Of a stretch of 32,174 nucleotides of DNA, positions 1 to 7,333 are shown in pieces. The notes beneath the pieces were generated by a model. That model was not told the DNA's origin and ran no database searches. It saw only the letters and a list, made by a program, of their open reading frames with translations. This DNA comes from Acidobacteriaceae bacterium (GTDB lineage Bacteria; Acidobacteriota; Terriglobia; Terriglobales; Acidobacteriaceae): NCBI GenBank assembly GCA_037439805.1, contig JBBIVH010000008.1, positions 1-32,174 on the forward strand. Reading direction: 5' to 3'. Position 1 is the first letter of the stretch; each line of letters begins with the position of its first letter. Both the position numbers and the translations under genes were made by a program.

Positions 1-24
1 TTGCGAAGAAATCCGAGCGCGTAC

Positions 25-552
25 TCAGGAACAAACGGGAACCGTTAGGTTTGGGTTTCCAAGTACATCAGGCAATGCGGCTGACCTCACGCCCTCCCGC
101 GCGAAAGCCTTGAGATCCTCAACAATCATGCACACCGCCGAGTGCATGGCTGCGGCAGCGGTGGGCGAGAGGTCCATGGAGATGGGCTGCCTGGGATCGA
201 TGGTTATGGCATAGAGGGTGACGTTGCCACCACCGCCCTGGATGTGAAAGACGTCGAGGAGATCCTTCACGCCGACATCGTGGGCGGTGAGCGTGGGCGG
301 ATAGTCGCGGGCGAAGCGGGGCTCGGTGCGGGTGACGGTGCCGATGGGGTTGCCGTCGGCGGCGGCATCGATGAGGATGATGCGGGCGGCGGACTGGAGC
401 GGTTCGAGGAGGGTAAAGCCGCCGGTGCCGCCGTCGAGGAGTTCGACGCCGCCGGGCAGGGTGAGCTTTTCAAGGGCGCGAACGGCATGCACGCCGACGC
501 CTTCATCTCCCATGAGGATGTTGCCCAACCCGACGACGAGAGTCTTTTCCAA
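25..552 (-). CDS. hyaD: Hydrogenase maturation endopeptidase (HyaD/HupD family)
   Basis: Motifs VVGLGNILMGDEGVG, LLDGGTGG, ILIDAA and TAHD. A TTG start at 552 lies 1 nt after the cytochrome b stop. The Ser-rich upstream extension in the ORF track overlaps the cytochrome b gene and was discarded. Confidence 0.9.
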   Translation of the reverse strand: MEKTLVVGLGNILMGDEGVGVHAVRALEKLTLPGGVELLDGGTGGFTLLEPLQSAARIILIDAAADGNPIGTVTRTEPRFARDYPPTLTAHDVGVKDLLDVFHIQGGGGNVTLYAITIDPRQPISMDLSPTAAAAMHSAVCMIVEDLKAFAREGVRSAALPDVLGNPNLTVPVCS

Positions 553-553
553 T

Positions 554-1279
554 TTACTTGTCGCCTTTGACCCGTTCGAATTTCCATCCACCGACGATGG
601 AAGAGATGGTGCCGCGGCCTTCAATGTAGTCATGGTAGAAGGCGAGGTAGATGTGGATGATGACGAAGCAGACGAAGAACCAGAGAAAAATGTGGTGCCA
701 GAATCGGACGCCGAACTCACCGCCGAGCAGGGGCACGGCCCACATGAAGAGGCGGGGAATCGATGACGTGCTCATGTTGGAGTAGAGGGCGAAGCCGGTA
801 ATCATCTGGAGCAGGAAGACGATGAAGGTGATGAAGTAGATGAAAGCTGCCAGAGCGTTGTGGCCGGTGGAGATGGGCCCGTGCATCTTGACCTGGAGCA
901 CGTCGGCCTTGACGACTTCCACAATCTCGTGGCGCTGCGATTTTTTGAGCGGGATAAAGTTGATGAGGCGCGCGTACTTGTTGCCGACGAAGCCCCAGTA
1001 GAGCCGCGCCATGAAGTTCATGATGTAGATCCACGCCGAGGCAAAGTGGATGAAGCGCACCCAGCCGAACCAGTACTGCTGATAAGCCTCTGGCGCATAG
1101 AGAAGATGGAACGGGTGGCCGATGAGGTAGCCGGTGATGCAGAGGGCGACGAGCGCGGTGGCGTTAATCCAGTGGTAGGCGCGGACGGGCAGCTCCCAGA
1201 CGTAGACGCGCCGGTACTCGGTGGGCCCGTGGCCATTGGAGCGGAAGATATCGCGAATGGGTTCACCTGAAGTGCTCAT
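554..1279 (-). CDS. hyaC: Ni/Fe-hydrogenase b-type cytochrome subunit
   Basis: VYVWELPVRAYHW, RFIHF, GHNALA and HH..W....IIHIY heme-ligand motifs, with four hydrophobic segments. ATG at 1279 is preceded by GAGG. Confidence 0.93.
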   Translation of the reverse strand: MSTSGEPIRDIFRSNGHGPTEYRRVYVWELPVRAYHWINATALVALCITGYLIGHPFHLLYAPEAYQQYWFGWVRFIHFASAWIYIMNFMARLYWGFVGNKYARLINFIPLKKSQRHEIVEVVKADVLQVKMHGPISTGHNALAAFIYFITFIVFLLQMITGFALYSNMSTSSIPRLFMWAVPLLGGEFGVRFWHHIFLWFFVCFVIIHIYLAFYHDYIEGRGTISSIVGGWKFERVKGDK

Positions 1280-1284
1280 GGTCC

Positions 1285-2997
1285 TCACTCGAAGGAGACC
1301 TGGTGGAGGTGCCGTCCCTGCGGGTCGTAGAGATGGACGGCGCAGGCGAGGCACGGGTCAAAGGAATGGATGGTGCGCAGGATCTCGACGGGCTGTTCGA
1401 GGTTCTTGACGGGCGTGCCGATGAGGGCCTGCTCAAAGGACGAGCGCTGCTGCCGGGCGTCGCGGGGCGAGCCGTTCCAGGTGGTAGGCACGACGAGCTG
1501 GTAGTTTTCGATGGCGCCGTTGCGAATCTTGATGAAGTGAGCGAGTGCGCCGCGCGGGGCTTCGGTAAGGCCGACGCCTTCGCACTCCGAGGGCCAGGTC
1601 TTCGGCTCCCAGTGCTCGCCGTTGAAGGTGGATACCTCGTTGATGCGGACGCGATCGAGGAGGTCGTTGAAGTACTCCTTGAGCCAGGTCATGGCGAGCG
1701 CTGCGTCGAGGGCGCGCGCGGCGGTTCGACCCAGGGTGCTGAAGAGCGCCGCGGTGGGCACGTTGAGCTTGCCGAGGGTCTGGCCGACGAGTTCCTTCAC
1801 GTCTGTGTTGCCGGAAGCGTAGGCGACGAGGAGGCGCGCGAGCGGCCCGACTTCCATGGGCTGCTCTTTCCAGCGGGGCGTCTTGAGGAACGAGTATTTG
1901 TCGTGGCCTTCGAGGGTTTCAAAGGGCGGCTTGGGGCCGGTGTAGTTGAGATTGGTTTCGCCGCTCAAGGGGTGGAGGCCGGTGGAGTCGCCGCCGTCAT
2001 AGCTGTACCAGGAGTGGGCGATGTACTCCTTGATTTCCTGGGTGTCGCGCGCGTTGACGGGGTGGACCTGACTAAGATCGCGATTGAGGATCACGCCGCG
2101 CGGGTAACGGAAAGACTCGACCTGGTTGTAGCCCTTGGTGGGGAACTCCCCGTAGCTGAGGTAGTTGGTGAGGCCGCCGCCCCACTGCGCCCAGTCCTTG
2201 TAGAAGCCGGCGACGGTGAGGACGTCAGGAATGTAGACTTGATTGACGAACTCGGAGGCCTGGCTGATGAGGCTGGAGACGAGATTGAGGCGCTCGGTGT
2301 TGATGGCCGCAACTTCATTGGCGTTGATGGAGCAGGGCACGCCGCCGACGAGGTAGTTGGGGTGCGGGTTCTTGCCGCCGAAGACGGCGTGAATCTTGAC
2401 GATTTCCTTTTGCCAATCGAGGGCGTCGAGGTAGTGGGCGACGGCGATGAGGTTGACTTCCGGCGGGAGCTTGTAGGCGGGATGGCCCCAGTAGCCATTG
2501 GCGAAGATGCCGAGGCCGCTGGCGGCGAAGGCCTTGATCTTGTCCTGCACAGAGGAGAAATAGGCAGCGGTGTTCTTGTCCCAGCTGGAGTAGGACGAAG
2601 CAATTTCGGCGGCCTTCTTCGGATCGGCCTTGAGGGCGTTGACGATATCGACCCAGTCGAGGGCGTGCAGGTGGTAGAAGTGGATCACGTGATCCTGCAC
2701 GTACTGGGTGGTCATCATGATATTGCGGATGATTTCGGCGGTGGGGGGTACGGCGATGCCGAGGGCGCTTTCGACGGCGCGGACGCTGGTGAGGGCGTGG
2801 ACGGTGGTGCAGACGCCGCAGACGCGCTCGGTGATGGCCCATGCGTCGCGCGGGTCGCGGCCAACGAGAATCTTCTCAAGGCCGCGGACCATGGTGCCGG
2901 CGCTGTAGGCGTCAGTGATGACACCGTTTTCAATGACCGCCTCTATGCGGAGGTGGCCTTCAATGCGGGTAATGGGATCGACGACGACACGTGTCAT
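1285..2997 (-). CDS. hyaB: [NiFe]-hydrogenase large subunit (group 1, membrane-bound uptake type)
   Basis: DPITRIEGH, L1 motif ERVCGVC, GGKNPHPN, EAPRG, and L2 motif FDPCLACAVH followed by a 15-aa cleavable C-terminal tail. Confidence 0.97.
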   Translation of the reverse strand: MTRVVVDPITRIEGHLRIEAVIENGVITDAYSAGTMVRGLEKILVGRDPRDAWAITERVCGVCTTVHALTSVRAVESALGIAVPPTAEIIRNIMMTTQYVQDHVIHFYHLHALDWVDIVNALKADPKKAAEIASSYSSWDKNTAAYFSSVQDKIKAFAASGLGIFANGYWGHPAYKLPPEVNLIAVAHYLDALDWQKEIVKIHAVFGGKNPHPNYLVGGVPCSINANEVAAINTERLNLVSSLISQASEFVNQVYIPDVLTVAGFYKDWAQWGGGLTNYLSYGEFPTKGYNQVESFRYPRGVILNRDLSQVHPVNARDTQEIKEYIAHSWYSYDGGDSTGLHPLSGETNLNYTGPKPPFETLEGHDKYSFLKTPRWKEQPMEVGPLARLLVAYASGNTDVKELVGQTLGKLNVPTAALFSTLGRTAARALDAALAMTWLKEYFNDLLDRVRINEVSTFNGEHWEPKTWPSECEGVGLTEAPRGALAHFIKIRNGAIENYQLVVPTTWNGSPRDARQQRSSFEQALIGTPVKNLEQPVEILRTIHSFDPCLACAVHLYDPQGRHLHQVSFE

Positions 2998-3003
2998 GGG
3001 GCT

Positions 3004-4092
3004 CTACGACTCCTTCTGTTCCTCTGCGTGGACTTCCGCGATGACTTTCTGCTTGCGCACGTTGGTGACGGCGGCGTGCGCGGCGACTCCGGCGAGGGTG
3101 GCGACGCCGACAATGGTGCCGATGGTGTCGGCCGTGCTTTCTACACCGAAGCCGGGGAAGGAAGGCAGATGCTGATAGAAGGGACCGTTGTCCCAGAAGC
3201 CTTCTTCACTGCAGCCGATGCAGCCGTGGCCTGACTGGATGGGGTAGCTGGTGCCCTCATTCCACTTGACGACGGAGCAGGCGTTGTAGGTGACGGGGCC
3301 CTTGCAGCCCATCTTGTAGAGGCAGTAGCCGCGGCGGGCGTTTTCGTCGTCCCAGGACTCGACGAAGAGCCCGGCGTCGTAGTTGGGACGGCGGTAGCAG
3401 GTGTCATGCACGCGCCGTCCGTAGAACTCCTTGGGCCGGTTGAGGCTGTCGAGCGCGGGCACCTGGCCGAGGACGAGCATGTGGGTGACGACGGCCATCA
3501 TGACGTCGGCGATGGGCGGACATCCGGGCACATTGATGACGGGCTTGTTGACGAGCTTGTAGATGGGAGTGGCGCCTGTGGGGTTGGGCTTGGCGGCCTG
3601 TACGCAGCCGTTGGAGGCGCAACTGCCCCAGGCGATGATGGCCGCGGCGTCTTTGGCGACGGTCTGCAGGATGGATTCGGCTGTCTTGCCGCCGATCATG
3701 CAGTAGACGCCGCCGTCGTGGGTGGGGACGGCTCCTTCGACGAGGACGATGTACTTGCCTTTGTTGTTCTGGATGGTGTCGTTGAGGCTCTTCTCCGCCT
3801 GGAAGCCGGAGGCGGCCATGAGGGTCTCGGAGTAGTTGAGCGAGAGCACGTCCAGCAGGGCATCGAGCACGATGGGATGCGAGGCGCGGATGAAGGACTC
3901 GCTGCAACAGGTGCACTCCTGAAAGTGCATCCACACCACGGCGGGCTTTTCTTTCTTTTCAAAGGCCGCCGCGACCTGGGCTACGCCGGACTGGCCGAGT
4001 CCCGCTGCGGTGGCTGCCGCGGCGCAGAACTGCAGAAAGTCTCTGCGGCTGTAACCCTTACTCTCCATGGACTGCCAGATGGAAGGACCCAT
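3004..4092 (-). CDS. hyaA: [NiFe]-hydrogenase small subunit with Tat signal and C-terminal membrane anchor
   Basis: Twin-arginine SRRDFL, then ECTCCSES, WGSCASNGC, PGCPP, HDTCYRR, CLYKMGCKGP and SGHGCIGC, ending in a hydrophobic C-terminal helix. Confidence 0.97.
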   Translation of the reverse strand: MGPSIWQSMESKGYSRRDFLQFCAAAATAAGLGQSGVAQVAAAFEKKEKPAVVWMHFQECTCCSESFIRASHPIVLDALLDVLSLNYSETLMAASGFQAEKSLNDTIQNNKGKYIVLVEGAVPTHDGGVYCMIGGKTAESILQTVAKDAAAIIAWGSCASNGCVQAAKPNPTGATPIYKLVNKPVINVPGCPPIADVMMAVVTHMLVLGQVPALDSLNRPKEFYGRRVHDTCYRRPNYDAGLFVESWDDENARRGYCLYKMGCKGPVTYNACSVVKWNEGTSYPIQSGHGCIGCSEEGFWDNGPFYQHLPSFPGFGVESTADTIGTIVGVATLAGVAAHAAVTNVRKQKVIAEVHAEEQKES

Positions 4093-4145
4093 GCCTACCT
4101 CGCTCGAGCGGTTTCACAGTACATATAGCCATTTCTGGCGGTTAT

Positions 4146-4178
4146 GAAGGCGGCTTTTTCTTGAAAAAAAGCCACTTC
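4146..4178. promoter_or_regulatory. Inverted repeat upstream of hyaA (candidate operator)
   Basis: GAAG-gc-GGCTTTTT-cttgaa-AAAAAGCC-a-CTTC: 8-bp perfect arms plus outer 4-bp arms, 54-86 bp upstream of the hyaA start. Confidence 0.35.
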
Positions 4179-4375
4179 GGATCGCAGCTTGTGGATACAG
4201 CGGCGTGGAACCGCTGTAGCCGCAAACAAGCCGCAAGATGCCGCGAAAGGAGAGATCTCCCGTGCGGCCCAGCAGCGTTTCAAACGGACGGCAGCACAGT
4301 ACGGAATGCAGAGCACGGTCGGCTGTGAGCGCCATCACACGAGTTGCAGGATTTGCAGGGGTGAGGGTCGAGGGG

Positions 4376-4391
4376 TGTGATCTGCATCGCC
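4376..4391. promoter_or_regulatory. CRP/FNR-family-like box (also at 7155-7170)
   Basis: TGTGA-tctgca-TCGCC versus the CRP consensus TGTGA-N6-TCACA. It lies about 285 bp upstream of hyaA and is identical in both repeat copies. Confidence 0.4.
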
Positions 4392-4410
4392 GATGGGCGT
4401 ACGGGATGGG

Positions 4411-4553
4411 TCAGGGACGGGAGCGATCGGCTGCGCCGGTGGGGCTGGAGCCCTTTTCGACGTGGTGGCTGCGGCACCAGGATTCGAGGCGTGGGCGATG
4501 CGATCGACAGCGCGGGGATCGGCATAGCCGGCGGTGCCAATCTGGACGGCGGT
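4411..4553 (-). pseudogene. pyrD: Decayed duplicate of the last ~47 codons of pyrD
   Basis: Translates TAVQIGTAGYADPRAVDRIAH versus TAIQIGTASYADPRAVERIAH in the intact gene. It has a 1-nt deletion near 4490 that shifts the frame, has no 5' portion, and its stop codon aligns at 4411. Confidence 0.9.
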
Positions 4554-4730
4554 AGGCGTCTGCCCAGACTCATTCACAGACTTTGCGGAACGACCTAAAA
4601 GTTGTATGGAAGGTACTTTGCTGCAAGGTATACTTGCAACACTATTCCCCAACGGGGGGTTCCCAGGGCTAAAGGAATCTGTTCGATGCGTACCTTGAAC
4701 GATCTTTCGAAATCCTCGAATAGGGTGACA

Positions 4731-5243
4731 ATGATCAGTAAGGGGGAAGAGTGTCATTCAATCTACGGTCTCTGGGACTTGTTGCGTAGATCCCGGTCGG
4801 AGGAAGGGCAATCCCTTGTCGAATTTGCACTTGCAGCCTTGATGTTCCTTGTCCTGATGTTTGCAGTGTTCGATTTCGGCCACTTGTTCTTCGTGGAAAT
4901 GGCGGTTCAGAATGCCATTCAAGAGGCGGCTCGATATGGGTCGACCGGAAATCATCTCCCCGATCCGAACAATCCGGGTAAGTCTCTGTCGAGGGTGATC
5001 TCTATCACTAACACCCTCCAGAATGGCTCATTCGGCGTGACATTCTCCAACATTCAGATTTCAAGCCTGGGTGGCGGCGCAGGGAGCGCCGGTGGTCCAG
5101 GAGATCTGTTGACTGTTTCGACGACCGTTAGCATGCCCTTGATGACGCCGGTGATTGCGCAGATGTTTCCAAATGGGCGTTTTGTCTTTACACCGAGCGT
5201 CACGATCAAGAATGAGCCCTTTCCTCCCAGCCAAACGAAATAG
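4731..5243 (+). CDS. TadE/TadG-family Flp pilus minor pilin (pseudopilin)
   Basis: Prepilin motif G|QSLVEFAL with a hydrophobic helix, FDFG and NAIQEAARYG. The start is uncertain (ORF open from 4602; ATG 4731 chosen). Confidence 0.85.
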   Translation: MISKGEECHSIYGLWDLLRRSRSEEGQSLVEFALAALMFLVLMFAVFDFGHLFFVEMAVQNAIQEAARYGSTGNHLPDPNNPGKSLSRVISITNTLQNGSFGVTFSNIQISSLGGGAGSAGGPGDLLTVSTTVSMPLMTPVIAQMFPNGRFVFTPSVTIKNEPFPPSQTK

Positions 5244-5259
5244 ATGAGGAAACGCAGGG

Positions 5260-5802
5260 ATGATCAAGCAACTTATCATAAATCTAGCGCGGACTAAGCG
5301 ACTTGAGGACGAGCGAGGTGGGTCGCTCGTTGAATTTGCGCTTTGTATAACAATGATGCTTGTCCTGGTCTATGGACTCATCGATTATTCGCAGATCATT
5401 TTCGACCATCAGATGATGTCCGGCTTGTCCAGACAAGGCTCCGACCTCGCCTCCCGTGGAACGAGCCTGCAAGACACTGTGTCGGCGCTAGATACTCAGG
5501 GCGCTTCATTAAACATCGGCGCGAATGGGAGGATCATCGTGACTGCGGTAGCCGAAGATTCCAGTGGCAACCTTCAAATTGTGGACCAGGCGGAATCGCC
5601 CCCTGGTATCTCGGTCTCGAGCGCAGTTGGCTCCGGGGTCGGGAACGCAGCAAGCATGCCAGCGAGTGCCAGCACTGTGCTGAGAGCAGGTCAGACGCTC
5701 TATGTCACTGAGGTGTTTTACTCCTATAGACCTATGACCCCGATTGGTGCACTACTTAAAACATCTCTGGCTGCCACATTGTATGAATCTGCGTATTTTT
5801 GA
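5260..5802 (+). CDS. TadE/TadF-family Flp pilus minor pilin (pseudopilin)
   Basis: RG|GSLVEFAL with a hydrophobic helix, GLIDY, SRQG..LASR and C-terminal YVTEVFYSYRPMTP. GAGGA lies upstream. Confidence 0.85.
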   Translation: MIKQLIINLARTKRLEDERGGSLVEFALCITMMLVLVYGLIDYSQIIFDHQMMSGLSRQGSDLASRGTSLQDTVSALDTQGASLNIGANGRIIVTAVAEDSSGNLQIVDQAESPPGISVSSAVGSGVGNAASMPASASTVLRAGQTLYVTEVFYSYRPMTPIGALLKTSLAATLYESAYF

Positions 5803-5814
5803 GAGGAGGATATA

Positions 5815-7050
5815 GTGCAGCGCATTCGAGCCGTGAGCACGATCAGGAAAGAGCATGGACAAGTGCTGGTTTTGTTCGCTATCGTGCTCCCCCTTCTATT
5901 GCTCTTTGTGGGGTTCGCCGTCGACTTTGGTTTTGGGTTTCTGACAAGAGCCGAACTTGCGAAGGCGTCTGACGCTGTCTCTTTAGCGGTTATGCGAAAT
6001 CTGGGACGGGGAACGACTTCGGCTACTTCCATTGGGACAAGCGAGTTCGCCTTGAACTACGATGCTAACTCAAAGTTGAATGCTTCAGCTCCCAGCGTGA
6101 GTATTACCTACTCAACAGATTCGTATGGCGAACCCATTGTCAATGTTGCTGCCACCGCCACAATCAAAACGTTTTTTATTGGATATGCCGGATTCAAGAC
6201 CCTTACTGTATCCAGCCATTCTCAGGCGACGCGACCGCCCATTATCCTTTCGTTGGTTTTAGATAAGTCCGGTTCGATGAACTTAAATGGTGGGGCGACG
6301 GCCTTGCCTCCCTCCGTGAACGATTTTCTTGGCTACTTCATCGAAGGCACCGATCAACTGGGAGAAGTGAGCTTTTCCTCGATTGCAAATGCGGATGTGG
6401 CAATATCCAAAACTTTCCAGACGCCAATTAAGAACAAAGTGAATGCCATGGCATTCGGGGGAGCCACTTATGCGCAAGGTGGGTTGCTGGATGCGCAGAC
6501 ACAAGTCGCAGGCGTATCTAGCCCAGCGCCCAATGCAGTAAAGGTCGTGGTGTTTTTCACCGATGGCTGGGCTAACACCAGTCAGGATACGCTGGGAAAC
6601 AAGCTTGTGAACTATGGTGGCTGCTCTCCAGTTGAGGCTGCGGTTGGTTGGTGCAATGCATTTTTCTGTATGGACCCGACCACAGGAAATACAATCTCGT
6701 ACACCATGGGAAGTGTTGGCGCATGTCATGGGGCAAGCAGGTTCCCCGCGCAGGACCCCGCTATTCCCAATCCTGCCCAGCTGAATACAACGAATGTCAG
6801 CAACGATGCCAAGTATCGTGCGGTCCAATTGGCCGACACGATGAGATCGCAGGGGGTCACGGTATATTCGATTGGTTTAGGTGACAAGATCGACACCACT
6901 TATCTCCTGGAAGTTGCAAATGACCCTGCGAGTCCTCTGTACAACGCTAACGAGCCATCCGGGCTCGCCGAGTTTGCACCGACATCGAGTCAATTAGATA
7001 CAGCATTCCAAACGATTGCGTCGAAGATTCTCCTTCGCTTAACGCAATGA
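5815..7050 (+). CDS. TadG-like pilin-anchored protein with von Willebrand factor A domain
   Basis: HG|QVLVLFAIVLPLLLLFVGFAVDFG N-terminus (Tad domain). vWA MIDAS elements LVLDKSGSM, GGAT and VVFFTDG, plus VTVYSIGLG. RBS GAGGAGG precedes the GTG start. Confidence 0.88.
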   Translation: MQRIRAVSTIRKEHGQVLVLFAIVLPLLLLFVGFAVDFGFGFLTRAELAKASDAVSLAVMRNLGRGTTSATSIGTSEFALNYDANSKLNASAPSVSITYSTDSYGEPIVNVAATATIKTFFIGYAGFKTLTVSSHSQATRPPIILSLVLDKSGSMNLNGGATALPPSVNDFLGYFIEGTDQLGEVSFSSIANADVAISKTFQTPIKNKVNAMAFGGATYAQGGLLDAQTQVAGVSSPAPNAVKVVVFFTDGWANTSQDTLGNKLVNYGGCSPVEAAVGWCNAFFCMDPTTGNTISYTMGSVGACHGASRFPAQDPAIPNPAQLNTTNVSNDAKYRAVQLADTMRSQGVTVYSIGLGDKIDTTYLLEVANDPASPLYNANEPSGLAEFAPTSSQLDTAFQTIASKILLRLTQ

Positions 7051-7095
7051 TTCTCTGAAAACGCAACCGGCCTACATCGACTGAATTCGAAGTAT

Positions 7096-7333
7096 GGTCG
7101 GCTTCGAGCGCCATCCCACGAGTTGCAGGATTTGCAGTGGCGAGGGTCGAGGGGTGTGATCTGCATCGCCGCTGGGCGTGCGGAATGGGTCAGGGACGGG
7201 AGAGATCGACGGCGCCGGTGAGGCTGGAGACCGTTTCGACGTGGTGGCTGCGGCACCAGGATTCGAGGCCGTGGGCGATGCGCTCGACGGCGCGGGGATC
7301 GGCATAGCTGGCGGTGCCAATCTGGATGGCAGT
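7096..7333. repeat. Right copy of the direct repeat (intact pyrD 3' end plus downstream intergenic DNA)
   Basis: Aligns with 4317-4553 and covers pyrD codons 7190-7333 plus 94 bp downstream of the stop. Confidence 0.95.

Larger units (their letters stand above)
4317..4553. repeat. Left copy of ~237 bp imperfect direct repeat (pairs with 7096-7333)
   Basis: Manual alignment with 7096-7333 gives about 19 substitutions and a 1-nt deletion, roughly 91-92% identity. Weaker similarity extends about 13 bp further left. Confidence 0.95.
4554..7095. mobile_element. Lower-GC genomic islet bounded by direct repeats, with no mobility gene
   Basis: Sampled lines are about 43-55% GC versus about 68% in a sampled pyrD line, with frequent A/T-ending codons. 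The composition change coincides with the repeat boundaries. Confidence 0.75.

Noticed and set aside
553-720. Ser/Thr-rich N-terminal extension of the hydrogenase protease
   Set aside because: It is an alternative frame of the cytochrome b 3' end. Homology starts at the TTG at 552.
1303-3234. 643-aa plus-strand ORF and other long antisense ORFs (e.g. 11964-13178, 20835-22058, 30929-31981)
   Set aside because: They are shadows of well-supported genes on the opposite strand, which is expected in high-GC DNA, and carry no recognisable motifs.
4205-4250. Sigma-54 promoter for hyaA
   Set aside because: A GG-N10-GC spacing exists on the minus strand, but without the TGGCAC/TTGC context it is expected by chance.
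4095-4757. Short ORFs between hyaA and the first pilin gene (e.g. 4335-4757, 4280-4573)
   Set aside because: They are explained by the frameshifted pyrD remnant and promoter DNA, with no independent coding signal.
4317-7333. Repeat pair as the template/variable repeats of a diversity-generating retroelement
   Set aside because: Substitutions involve several different bases and are not adenine-specific on either strand, there is an indel, the affected gene is pyrD, and no reverse transcriptase is in the window.
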